The notes under the pieces are model-generated. The model was not told where the DNA came from. It searched no databases and saw only the letters and a program-made list of their open reading frames with translations. A stretch of 28,668 bases of DNA from an uncultured archaeon. Its GTDB lineage: Archaea; Asgardarchaeota; Thorarchaeia; Thorarchaeales; CAZPUN01. The stretch is from contig CAZPUN010000044.1 in the NCBI GenBank assembly GCA_964589775.1, positions 1-28,668 of the forward strand, written 5' to 3'. The position numbers and the translations under genes were made by a program. This document shows positions 9,151 through 18,064 of the stretch, piece after piece. The stretch's first letter is position 1, and every line of letters begins with the position of its first letter.

Positions 9151-9405
9151 TTGAACATTGAAAATCTTGCATTTATATTAAAGATATTAACAATTTCATT
9201 TTTAATTCTTGGAGTCGCATTATTTCTGCTGGATATGTTTTATCTTGGTTCTATGTTGATGCTAAATGCGTTATGGATTCCAATTGTGTGGTTAAGTCGT
9301 TTAGCTCCTACTAGTGATCCATATACAGATTTAGAAATTATACCTAGAAATGAAAAATCCATTGAACCCCCTGCATTTTTAAAGAAAATGTTTGGTGAAG
9401 AATAG
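9151..9405 (+). CDS. Small two-TM membrane protein, unknown function
   Basis: GAGGTG SD 7 nt before a TTG start; two hydrophobic helices and a Pro-rich polar tail; T-rich tract after the stop. Confidence 0.65.
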   Translation: MNIENLAFILKILTISFLILGVALFLLDMFYLGSMLMLNALWIPIVWLSRLAPTSDPYTDLEIIPRNEKSIEPPAFLKKMFGEE

Positions 9406-9446
9406 TTTTTATTCTATTTTTTATTTATTATCTTGAGGAAGATAGA

Positions 9447-10805
9447 ATGCCGATCCGGAGTGTTTTTGATAGATTTGAAGAAATTAAGCCATCTATGTCG
9501 GAAAAGATCGAGCGTAATTCCGTTTCTATATCTGTTATTAGTTCTCTTGATGAAAGTGGGATTACCATAAATAATGCAACCGTCATGGGCGGGCAGGATT
9601 TAATTAAAGATGAAGATGTTAGATTAGAGGCTGAGGCTGGGTTTGTGCAGTTAAATATTGTTGATCTATTTGAACTGAGAAAACATGTATTACATTCAAT
9701 CAAGTACACGCCAGAGCAGATCCATGGTACAACGGATCTTGTCTCAAACATATATCAAGTTAAAGCGAGAAAAGAAAGTACGTATTATCTTGGTTTATTA
9801 GTTACGCCGTATCATGATATTAATCTCACTAAATATGAGGAATTTATCGATTTCGCATGTTCGGCATATTATGGTACTCTCCATAGGTCTATTACTCAGA
9901 TGCAACAAGGCCAATTAACTGAAAAAGAAGTTTACGAGCAACTAGATGAAACTTCTTCATCTATTATGTCCCTATTAGCACATTTACTCTTTAAGCGACG
10001 GGAACTAGCAGGTGGTCCGGAATCCGTAGGCGTGCCAACTTATTTCTTTGGTTTGTTAATTTTTGACTATGAGATTATTCCTGCTAAGCGAATTTGTATG
10101 AATGATTCATGTAAGTCTGTGTATGATATTGATGAAGTAAATTCCGACACATGTCCTCGATGTGGCTCAGAATTGAGTTATCTTCCTCCCGATGTTGAAT
10201 TTCAGCGTGTTTCACTTGTATTTCCGAAAGAATCTATACACTATTTAACTACTAACTATGAAGTGCCTCGAGATATTGTCTCACTTTTTGAATTATCTCG
10301 TATTCCCTCTAGCGTTATGTTATCCATTAATCTAATGAATCAGGAGATTTTTTCGCATTATATCTACTTACCTAGCAGAGCCGTATTGCTTCACAGAAAT
10401 GGAAAAGACATATTGACTATCGATGCATTATCCAAGCGAGTTGAAAATAAAATCCGCGTTGTTGTAGCATTAACTGATAGTGTTCCCAAAACTGAGAATC
10501 TCATTGGTTTTATGCCCATGCGAACGTTCTTGAGAGATCTTCGTGAGGGATTTGGCAAAGGCATAGATATTGATGAGATACTCTCAAAATCAATCGTGTC
10601 GGACTGGATTAAAACACCGTTCTTTAAACCGGGCGATGCAACACTTGATGATTTTGGCTCGCTTTTTGAAGTTTTAGGAATTGAAATTCCCAAGCGTGAA
10701 GATAGTCTGGATACATCACATGAAGAAGAATCATCCGAAGTCGATGCAGAGGCTGAAGATAGCGACAGAGTCGCTGCAGACAATGAACACGTAGAGGTGG
10801 ACTAA
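9447..10805 (+). CDS. Hypothetical protein: probable tandem longin/uDENN-like domains with inserted C4 zinc ribbon and acidic tail
   Basis: Long ORF with C217-x4-C222-x13-C236-x2-C239; two alpha/beta segments opening with a hydrophobic strand plus D ('SVISSLDESGITI', 'FFGLLIFD...VSLVFP'); very acidic last ~35 aa. The CDS is solid, the fold call is tentative. Confidence 0.5.
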   Translation: MPIRSVFDRFEEIKPSMSEKIERNSVSISVISSLDESGITINNATVMGGQDLIKDEDVRLEAEAGFVQLNIVDLFELRKHVLHSIKYTPEQIHGTTDLVSNIYQVKARKESTYYLGLLVTPYHDINLTKYEEFIDFACSAYYGTLHRSITQMQQGQLTEKEVYEQLDETSSSIMSLLAHLLFKRRELAGGPESVGVPTYFFGLLIFDYEIIPAKRICMNDSCKSVYDIDEVNSDTCPRCGSELSYLPPDVEFQRVSLVFPKESIHYLTTNYEVPRDIVSLFELSRIPSSVMLSINLMNQEIFSHYIYLPSRAVLLHRNGKDILTIDALSKRVENKIRVVVALTDSVPKTENLIGFMPMRTFLRDLREGFGKGIDIDEILSKSIVSDWIKTPFFKPGDATLDDFGSLFEVLGIEIPKREDSLDTSHEEESSEVDAEAEDSDRVAADNEHVEVD

Positions 10806-10807
10806 AA

Positions 10808-12022
10808 ATGGATACATTCAGCAATATTGTTAGCGAGTTCAAGACAAAATTTGAGAGCCCCTTAAATCAAATGGAAAAAATGAAAGAATCGCAAAAGATA
10901 CTTATATCGCGAGATATAAAGAGGCATTCTGCAGCGATTGCTACTTTGAAATTGAATGAAGACGAGGTTTTTGATGCTTTTACTGCCTATAGATATTTTA
11001 CTTTAAATCATCTTGTGCCTGAAAATTACAATCCGATCCATCTGACAAAAGACTTAGAAAACTTGCGGAAGTTAATTGTGGCTGGTGGGGGAAAAGCCGT
11101 TAGCACTTTACAAGCTGCCGCTTATTTATCACAACAGATCGTTGCGGCAGTTTCTGCAGCATTTGATGCATTTACAATCCTGTTGGATGAAAAGACTTCT
11201 GGGACGCAAGACCATATTGTTCGTGCAATAATGATTCGTAAGAAGTTAATGCCGGCGTTGCAGAAGATTTCTGAATTTATAATTAAGGATAGTTTAATTG
11301 ATATTCGCTGGGGTGCAACGCTTCTTAAGATGGGCTATGCAACCTTGTTTAGAATTAAAAACACTTCATATTCGTTCTCAAATATCAGTTATGAATTTGA
11401 TAAATTTAAGAAGATCTATCCGCTCGACAAAGGTTCAGAGTACTATTGGGATATTATATATCATTTTGTACTTAAGGATGTTTATGAAAAGCTAAAGATT
11501 CTTGGTAAGGATATAATCGATGAGCGTGTTCAAAAGTTGGAATCCGGGCGTCAAGCATCCCGCGGATTAGTACGTTCATATCGCCGACCATCAAGCTCGC
11601 AAGGAGTCGATATGCCTACTGAATCTATACTCTATGATATTTTTAAGCGGCAGGGCACATTGGACTCTGCAACTCTAAGCAAAATTGAAACCGCTTTGGA
11701 CAGAACATTTCGACAAATTGCGAATAAGAAATATGGCATGCAAGACCTTAGCGATGAATCTAAGCTAATCGAAATTGGTCTCGATATTTATACCAAGATG
11801 ATCTGGAGCTTTCCAATACTTGCATATTCTGTGATAAATCCTGTAGAATACGGGAAATTGTTGGATAATCCTGAATCCTATGTTCGTGCAAATAAGGGTG
11901 CGATAATTCAAGCAACTCGCAAGAAGCTCAACAATCTTCTCGTCGGAAGGGTCAACACACGTTCTATGGCTCGTCTAATTGCAAAATTCATTCAGAAAGC
12001 ATATGGTGCAAAAAGATATTGA
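10808..12022 (+). CDS. Hypothetical, mostly alpha-helical protein, translationally coupled to the upstream gene
   Basis: 404-aa ORF starting 2 nt after the upstream stop, with a GAGGTGG SD inside the upstream gene; amphipathic helical pattern; no motif recognised. Confidence 0.7.
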   Translation: MDTFSNIVSEFKTKFESPLNQMEKMKESQKILISRDIKRHSAAIATLKLNEDEVFDAFTAYRYFTLNHLVPENYNPIHLTKDLENLRKLIVAGGGKAVSTLQAAAYLSQQIVAAVSAAFDAFTILLDEKTSGTQDHIVRAIMIRKKLMPALQKISEFIIKDSLIDIRWGATLLKMGYATLFRIKNTSYSFSNISYEFDKFKKIYPLDKGSEYYWDIIYHFVLKDVYEKLKILGKDIIDERVQKLESGRQASRGLVRSYRRPSSSQGVDMPTESILYDIFKRQGTLDSATLSKIETALDRTFRQIANKKYGMQDLSDESKLIEIGLDIYTKMIWSFPILAYSVINPVEYGKLLDNPESYVRANKGAIIQATRKKLNNLLVGRVNTRSMARLIAKFIQKAYGAKRY

Positions 12023-12237
12023 GCTTCTGAATTTTTATTACTTAATTCAATTATGCGAGATCATTTCGTTTCCGATATTTGTTGTTGTAGTATCTAATTT
12101 TTTTATACTATTTTTGAGTTTTAATTTTCAAATATAATTATGATTTGTTTGTCAATTAATTAAAATATACACTTTAGCCTTAATATTTTTAAGTAAATAC
12201 TTTCTTGAAATCTTAGAAAGCAAAGAGAGTGATTCTC

Positions 12238-13026
12238 ATGGTACGCATAATTGTTCCTGTGAAATATTCCGTTGATATTGATGAGCTTACATTTGCAAGT
12301 GATGGAACTCCAAAAATCAAAGAAGCGCCAAAGAAGATAAATCCCGTTGATAAAAGTGCAATGGAAGCCGCTCTAAGAATTAAAGAAAAGCATGGCGGTG
12401 AAGTTCTTGCATTAACTGTCGGTCCTGAAGAGGCACATAAAGCACTTCGAGAAGCTCTTGCAATGGGTGCAGACGACGCATATCATGTTATTTTGCCAGA
12501 AGAGAAGAAGAAAGATACATATCTGACCGCTAAAATCTTAGCTGAAGCAATTAAGAAAATTGGTGATTTTGACCTTGTTATCACTGGAAAAATTACTGTT
12601 GATGGCTGGACCGGTGTTGTGAGTATCCGCCTGGCTGAAGAATTAGGTCTTCCAAATCTCGGATTCACTGCTAAATTAGAAGTTGAGGACAAAAAGGTAA
12701 AAATTAGACGTGACATGGGCGGATATATTGAGGAAGTCGAAGCCGAATTTCCCGTAGTACTAAATGTAGTCCAACCAATTTATGAGCCCCGTCTTGTAAA
12801 TGTTATGAAACTAATGAAAGCTATGAAGCGGCCCATTCATAAATGGACTGTTGAAGAATTAGGTTTCACTGATTCTGATATTGAAGATGCTAAGACCTTA
12901 GAATTGCTTGATCTCCGTTATCCCCAGATTGAGCGTAAGAAGATCAAGATTGAAGAAGAAGATCCAAAAGCAGCTGCACAGAAACTTGTTGAATTACTCA
13001 TGAAAGATGGAGTACTTTCGAAGTAG
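12238..13026 (+). CDS. etfB: Electron transfer flavoprotein subunit beta (EtfB/FixA)
   Basis: 'INPVDKSAMEAALRIKE', 'LREALAMGADDA', 'DLVITGKITVDGWTG', 'EPR'. ATG 12238 is preferred because the GTG at 12229 sits within the SD-like GAGTGA. Confidence 0.95.
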   Translation: MVRIIVPVKYSVDIDELTFASDGTPKIKEAPKKINPVDKSAMEAALRIKEKHGGEVLALTVGPEEAHKALREALAMGADDAYHVILPEEKKKDTYLTAKILAEAIKKIGDFDLVITGKITVDGWTGVVSIRLAEELGLPNLGFTAKLEVEDKKVKIRRDMGGYIEEVEAEFPVVLNVVQPIYEPRLVNVMKLMKAMKRPIHKWTVEELGFTDSDIEDAKTLELLDLRYPQIERKKIKIEEEDPKAAAQKLVELLMKDGVLSK

Positions 13027-13039
13027 GTGGTGAAGAATA

Positions 13040-14017
13040 ATGAGTGATTATAATGGTGTATTGGTTTATTCAGATGTTCCCAAAATTCGACTACAAATGA
13101 TTACTGCTGGAAAGAAGATCACGTCAAAGCTTGGTGGCGATGTTTCTGTTTTATTGTTTGGTAGTTCCGTATCTGAAGACGAGATCAATGAAGTTGCCAA
13201 ACACGGTGCGGATAAAATAATTGTAATTGAGAATGAGAATCTCAAGCAATTTGACCCAATAAGCTATACTGATGCATATCAAGCTGCTGTAGAAAAGATC
13301 AAGCCCAAATATGTCTTATTCGGCGGCACTCGACCTGCAGTTGAAAGTGCTCCACGACTTGCAACTCGCTACAAGACCGGTGTTGTGTTTGGTTGTGGTG
13401 CTCTTGTAATTGATGAGGAAAATAATACAGTCATCTGTGGTCGCGTAGCAATGGGTGGCAAAGCGATATCAAAAGAACGAATAATCAAATATCCCGGTGT
13501 ATTGATTGTTCCTGGTGGTGTTCACAACATTCCCGAAGAAACTGAAGCAAAGGCGGAAATAATTAAAATTACAGATGCGAAGATTTCCGAGCCCAAGATA
13601 AAGCAAGTCAATAAAATTGCAAAAGAAAAGAAAGGAATTCCACTCAATGAAGCCGAAAAGATCGTTGGAGTCGGTCGTGGCTTTAAGAAGCAGGAAGATC
13701 TTGAAATGGCAAATGAGCTTGCCAAAGTTCTCGGTAATGCTGTTGTAGGCGCAACACGACCGCTTGCCGCTGATTACGGCTGGTTCAAAGAATGGATCGG
13801 AATTTCCGGAATTGTTGTTCGACCTAAGTTGTATTTTGCAATTGGGATCTCTGGAGCCGCCCAACATGTCATGGGCGTAAAGGACGCAAATACGATTATT
13901 GCAATAAACAAGAATCCCGATGCGGACATATTCGAGTTTTCTGATTATAATGTTGTCGGCGACTTGTATCAGATTCTTCCTGAAGTCGTTAATGAGTTAA
14001 GGAATAAGTTGAGTTAA
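13040..14017 (+). CDS. etfA: Electron transfer flavoprotein subunit alpha (EtfA/FixB)
   Basis: 'LNEAEKIVGVGRG', 'VGATRP', 'PKLYFAIGISGAAQHVMG', 'IIAINKNPDADIF...VGDL'; GGTGGTGA SD upstream. Confidence 0.95.
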   Translation: MSDYNGVLVYSDVPKIRLQMITAGKKITSKLGGDVSVLLFGSSVSEDEINEVAKHGADKIIVIENENLKQFDPISYTDAYQAAVEKIKPKYVLFGGTRPAVESAPRLATRYKTGVVFGCGALVIDEENNTVICGRVAMGGKAISKERIIKYPGVLIVPGGVHNIPEETEAKAEIIKITDAKISEPKIKQVNKIAKEKKGIPLNEAEKIVGVGRGFKKQEDLEMANELAKVLGNAVVGATRPLAADYGWFKEWIGISGIVVRPKLYFAIGISGAAQHVMGVKDANTIIAINKNPDADIFEFSDYNVVGDLYQILPEVVNELRNKLS

Positions 14018-14030
14018 AGCTCAATCAATC

Positions 14031-14046
14031 TTTTTATTTTTTATTT
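14031..14046 (+). terminator. Probable oligo-T terminator after etfA
   Basis: T-rich tract tttttattttttattt just downstream of the etfA stop. Confidence 0.45.
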
Positions 14047-14067
14047 GGTTCTAATTCCAAACTAAGA

Positions 14068-14076
14068 TTTTATATA
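14068..14076 (+). promoter_or_regulatory. Probable TATA box for the AOR-HPS gene
   Basis: TTTTATATA about 100 nt upstream of ATG 14176 and downstream of the etfA terminator. Confidence 0.4.
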
Positions 14077-14175
14077 CTACAATAGTTGAGAAGAACATGA
14101 AGTATATGTCTTAGGAAAAATCTTAATATCAAGTTACCTTTGGCATGAATAGCCTCAGTCTAGGGGTTTGAAATT

Positions 14176-16698
14176 ATGGAAAGAAGCATTTTCGGTTATG
14201 TTGGTAAACTCTTACGTGTAAATTTAACAACTGGTGAACTTAAATCTGAACCACTTGACATTTCAATTGCGGAGCAGTATCTTGGTGGTCGAGGATATGC
14301 TGCAAAGCTCTTATATGATAATTTACCGCCTCGGATAGATCCCTTATCTCCTGAAAATATCCTGATTTATATGACCGGTCCTCTTACTGGTACTGCCGCA
14401 CCAACCTCTGCACGTTTCACAATATCTACAAAGAGCCCACTAACAGGTCTAATAAACGACTCCAGTATTGGCGGTTTTATGGGTCCTGCAATCAAGCGTG
14501 CTGGTTTTGATGGTTTCATTTTCGAAGGTAAAAGCAATAAACCAGTTTATCTGTTCGTTAATGAAGGTAAGGCAGAACTTTTGGACGCCTCGGAAATCTG
14601 GGGCAAAACCGTCTATGAAGCTGCGGAATACTTGAAGAAGAAACACGGTAATGACATCAGAATGGCGATCATCGGACCTGCAGGCGAGAATATGGTACGA
14701 TTTGCATCTATTATGATTGATGAGCATCGAGCTGCAGGACGCGGTGGAACCGGAGCCGTTATGGGTTCAAAGAATCTTAAGGCAGTTGTTGTTAAGGGTC
14801 GCATCCCAATAAAAGTTGCTAATAAGTTTGCATTTCTAAAACTCGTAAAAAATGCAACTGAGGTTCTTAAAGGTCATCCTGTAACAGGAACAGGTCTTGA
14901 ACGCTATGGAACTGGCATCCTGACACATCTTGTGAATAAGAGTGGTGTTCTTCCCGTTCGGAACTTCCAAGATGCCTCTGTAGAAGATGCTGAACCCATT
15001 AGTGGAGAATACATTCACGAAAAAATGTTGATTAAAGCTAAAGGATGTTATGGTTGTCCAATTCGGTGTGACCGTCTTACGGAAGTTCGGGAAGGAAAAT
15101 TCAAGGGACTTAAGGTCCATGGGCCTGAATACGAAACCATATGGGCATTCGGTCCAAATTTGGATAATCTGGATATTGGATACATTGCGAAAGCAAACGA
15201 CCTCTGTGATGCTCTCGGTATGGACACAATAACAATGGGTGCAGTAATGGCATTTCTGATGGAAGCAAAAGAAAAGGGAAAGATTCCCCCTGAACTTGAT
15301 AAGGAATTGAATATCAAGTGGGGCGATATGGAAACTGTTCTTAAATTAATCGAGGATACCGCATTCCGACGTGGAATTGGTAATTACCTTGCTGAGGGCA
15401 GCAAGAGACTTTCTGAGCAATGGCATGCAGAAGAACTCGCAATGCACGCAAAGGGTCTTGAGATACCTGCATATGACCCTCGTGGATTGAAAGGTATGGC
15501 GCTTTCATATGCGGTATCTAACAAGGGCGGCGACCACCTCCGTGCATATATAGTAGCTTCTGAAATTGGGAGTATGCCTCGTTATCTTGATCCAAATACA
15601 ACTGAGGGCAAAGCAGCTCTGGTTAAGCGAATGCAAGATGTCTTTGCAGTGATCGACTCAATAGGTTTATGTAAGTATACAAGCTTTGCATTCTTTGACA
15701 CGCTGAATTACGAGGCTGAAATGTATGCTAAGTTAGTTACAACAGCAACTGGATTTTACTTTGATGAGAAAATAATTTCTGAAGTCGGCGAGCGAATCTA
15801 CAACTTGGAACGGCTTTTCAATATTCGTGAAGGATTCACATACAAGGACGACACATTACCTGAGCGCTTTAAGACCGATCCAATCAAACATGGTCCAGCA
15901 CAGGGTAAAACCGTAGATGTTGCACCAATGGTTCTTGAATATTACAAGGTGCGCGGTTGGACTCCTGATGGAATTCCTATGGAGAAGACCTTATCGCGAT
16001 TGGGCATTGAGACACCTGAAGTCAATCGTCCAATGCTTCAAGTTGCACTTGACCTGCGAAGTTTAGATGAAGCTATGAAAATTGCAGAAAAGTGTCACGA
16101 GGGCGGAATTGACATATTAGAAGCTGGTACTCCACTCATTAAACAGAATGGTATGGAGGCAGTCGAACGGCTCAGGAAGACATTTCCAAACGCACTTATC
16201 CTCGCAGACCTCAAAACTATGGACACGGGTTGGCTAGAAACCGAAATTGCAGCTCAAGCAGGTGCTGACATTGTTGCAATTCTTGGTGTAGCCGATGATG
16301 GAACCATAAAGGATGCAGTTGGAGCAGCTCGAAAATATGGCGTAAAAATCATGATTGACATGATAAATCATCCAGACCCAATCAAGAGAGCAAAAGAAGT
16401 TGAGAAACTCGGTGTCGATATCGTAGCAGCACACGTAGGAATTTCTAAGCAGATGCGAGAACGCGAAATTAATCAGCGAGTTGAGGAGATCAAAAAGCTG
16501 GTTAAGGCAGTTAACATACCGGTTTCTGTGGCTGGTGGAATTCGCCTCGAGGCAATTCCTGCACTCGTCAAAGCTGGTGTGAAAATCATCGTGGTCGGTG
16601 GTGCAATAACTCGTTCCTCAGACCCTGGTGAAGCAACACGCATGATGAAAGATGCAATCATAAAAACCTATGCAGAAATAGAATCTAAAGAAAAATAA
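14176..16698 (+). CDS. Fusion protein: tungsten-type aldehyde:ferredoxin oxidoreductase (aa ~1-612) + 3-hexulose-6-phosphate synthase (aa ~619-835)
   Basis: AOR motifs 'KSPLTG', 'GRGG.GAVMGSKNLKA', 'CYGCPIRC', 'EYET', 'DALGMD', 'DSIGLC'. HPS/OMPDC-family motifs 'LQVALD', 'LEAGTPLI', 'ADLKTMDTG', 'VAGGI', 'VGGAIT'. One uninterrupted reading frame. Confidence 0.93.
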   Translation: MERSIFGYVGKLLRVNLTTGELKSEPLDISIAEQYLGGRGYAAKLLYDNLPPRIDPLSPENILIYMTGPLTGTAAPTSARFTISTKSPLTGLINDSSIGGFMGPAIKRAGFDGFIFEGKSNKPVYLFVNEGKAELLDASEIWGKTVYEAAEYLKKKHGNDIRMAIIGPAGENMVRFASIMIDEHRAAGRGGTGAVMGSKNLKAVVVKGRIPIKVANKFAFLKLVKNATEVLKGHPVTGTGLERYGTGILTHLVNKSGVLPVRNFQDASVEDAEPISGEYIHEKMLIKAKGCYGCPIRCDRLTEVREGKFKGLKVHGPEYETIWAFGPNLDNLDIGYIAKANDLCDALGMDTITMGAVMAFLMEAKEKGKIPPELDKELNIKWGDMETVLKLIEDTAFRRGIGNYLAEGSKRLSEQWHAEELAMHAKGLEIPAYDPRGLKGMALSYAVSNKGGDHLRAYIVASEIGSMPRYLDPNTTEGKAALVKRMQDVFAVIDSIGLCKYTSFAFFDTLNYEAEMYAKLVTTATGFYFDEKIISEVGERIYNLERLFNIREGFTYKDDTLPERFKTDPIKHGPAQGKTVDVAPMVLEYYKVRGWTPDGIPMEKTLSRLGIETPEVNRPMLQVALDLRSLDEAMKIAEKCHEGGIDILEAGTPLIKQNGMEAVERLRKTFPNALILADLKTMDTGWLETEIAAQAGADIVAILGVADDGTIKDAVGAARKYGVKIMIDMINHPDPIKRAKEVEKLGVDIVAAHVGISKQMREREINQRVEEIKKLVKAVNIPVSVAGGIRLEAIPALVKAGVKIIVVGGAITRSSDPGEATRMMKDAIIKTYAEIESKEK

Positions 16699-16718
16699 AA
16701 ATAAAAATTGATGAACTC

Positions 16719-17654
16719 TTACTGTTCATCATTATTTCTTTTTAGACCCTTGATTCCTAAAGCCCCAACGCCGCTGATATTGTCAAATTTCATGTCTGGC
16801 ATGTATGATGGTACAAAGATCAAGTTGCCCTTTCCAGAAATACCTAGTTCATATAGAATGTTCATCCATCTGAGTTCCATGGCTCTGGGATCTTGTCCAT
16901 AGATCTTTGCGGCTTCAAGGAATTGGTCTGAGGCTTCAACTTCTGCGGATGCAAGAATAACACGAGCTCGCTTCTCACGTTCTGCCTGGGCCTGTCGTGC
17001 CATAGCGTCTTGAAGTGCAGAAGGAATCTTAATATCTCGTACTTCAACAGAAATTACTTGTACACCCCATTCCTCGGTCTTTGTATCAATAATATCCTTC
17101 AATCTTTGACCTAATTTCTCACGTTCCGCAATTAATTCGTCTAAGACATGCTCACCTATAATTTCTCGTAGCGATGTCTGAGATACATATGAAATCATGC
17201 TCAGATACTTTGAGACGTTTAGAATTGCCATCTCTGGATTTATGACTTTCCAATATATAATTGCATCTACATTCACAGGGACATTATCCTTTGTCATAGT
17301 CTCTTCGCTTCTCGCCGTGACTGCATTAACACGAAGGTCAATGACTGTTACTATGCTTTCCAATCCTCTCCATACATGCATGAATCCCGGACCTAGCATT
17401 CCGATATACTTACCCAATCTAAGTATTGGCGCACGTTCCCATTCACTAACTACTTTAAATCCAATGGCTACATAGAATCCAAAGAAGAATAACAATAACC
17501 AAGTAATAATTCCTAATGCCGTAGCCAATGGAAATGGAAATCCCAACAGTAGAAATGGACTAATTATTAATCCAGTTGGGATCGCTATTATCAATATTAT
17601 GAACAATAGTAGATCCATAAAAAGTAAAGTTAGTGCCGAATTACCCATTCGCAT
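16719..17654 (-). CDS. SPFH/band-7 stomatin-like membrane protein
   Basis: Two N-terminal hydrophobic helices; 'EWERAPILRLG', 'TKDNVPVNVDA', 'QTSLREIIG', 'WGVQVISVEVRD', 'AMARQAQAEREKRARVILA'; AGGAGA SD. Confidence 0.93.
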   Translation of the reverse strand: MRMGNSALTLLFMDLLLFIILIIAIPTGLIISPFLLLGFPFPLATALGIITWLLLFFFGFYVAIGFKVVSEWERAPILRLGKYIGMLGPGFMHVWRGLESIVTVIDLRVNAVTARSEETMTKDNVPVNVDAIIYWKVINPEMAILNVSKYLSMISYVSQTSLREIIGEHVLDELIAEREKLGQRLKDIIDTKTEEWGVQVISVEVRDIKIPSALQDAMARQAQAEREKRARVILASAEVEASDQFLEAAKIYGQDPRAMELRWMNILYELGISGKGNLIFVPSYMPDMKFDNISGVGALGIKGLKRNNDEQ

Positions 17655-17941
17655 ATTTAGTTCATCTCCTATTTAGAGACCTGACTCACACTCCAATCAT
17701 TTGTCTTGATTTAATCGTGTTCAGATCCCCATTTATCCTCTCGCGAGACACCCGCTCGCTTAATTATTATATATTAAAATTCATTTATACGTTTTATGAT
17801 TCTACTAATCTAATATTATGGAGATACAACATAAAATGATTAGATTTTTCATTATTAACAATTGTTATTTTCAATTCTAATAGTAACATATTGATATCTC
17901 ATAATATGACTACATATTGTGTCTTCATGTTGTGAGTCCGC

Positions 17942-17949
17942 TTTATATA
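17942..17949 (+). promoter_or_regulatory. Probable TATA box upstream of the small ORF/GTPase
   Basis: TTTATATA about 23 nt upstream of a GAGGTGA SD. Confidence 0.45.
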
Positions 17950-17983
17950 GGTAGATTTGATGATATATCGTGAGGTGATAAAG

Positions 17984-18064
17984 ATGAACACAAGAAAGAA
18001 AACTCAGAAGCCAAAGGTCTTGCATGAAGTGTTAGTACATACTTTAAGAATTAATCCGAGATAA
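17984..18064 (+). CDS. Candidate 26-aa basic small protein/leader peptide (MNTRKKTQKPKVLHEVLVHTLRINPR)
   Basis: Strong archaeal SD GAGGTGA (17972-17978) 5 nt before the ATG, TATA upstream, T run after the stop. Below the size cut-off of the ORF track. Confidence 0.5.
   Translation: MNTRKKTQKPKVLHEVLVHTLRINPR

Noticed and set aside
17958-18010. TGATGA resembling box C of a C/D guide RNA
   Set aside because: No CTGA box D at a suitable distance; the region is better explained by an SD plus small ORF.
17984-18064. Small basic ORF as ribosomal protein eL41
   Set aside because: Similar length, but it lacks the KWRKKRMRRLKRKRR-type pattern.
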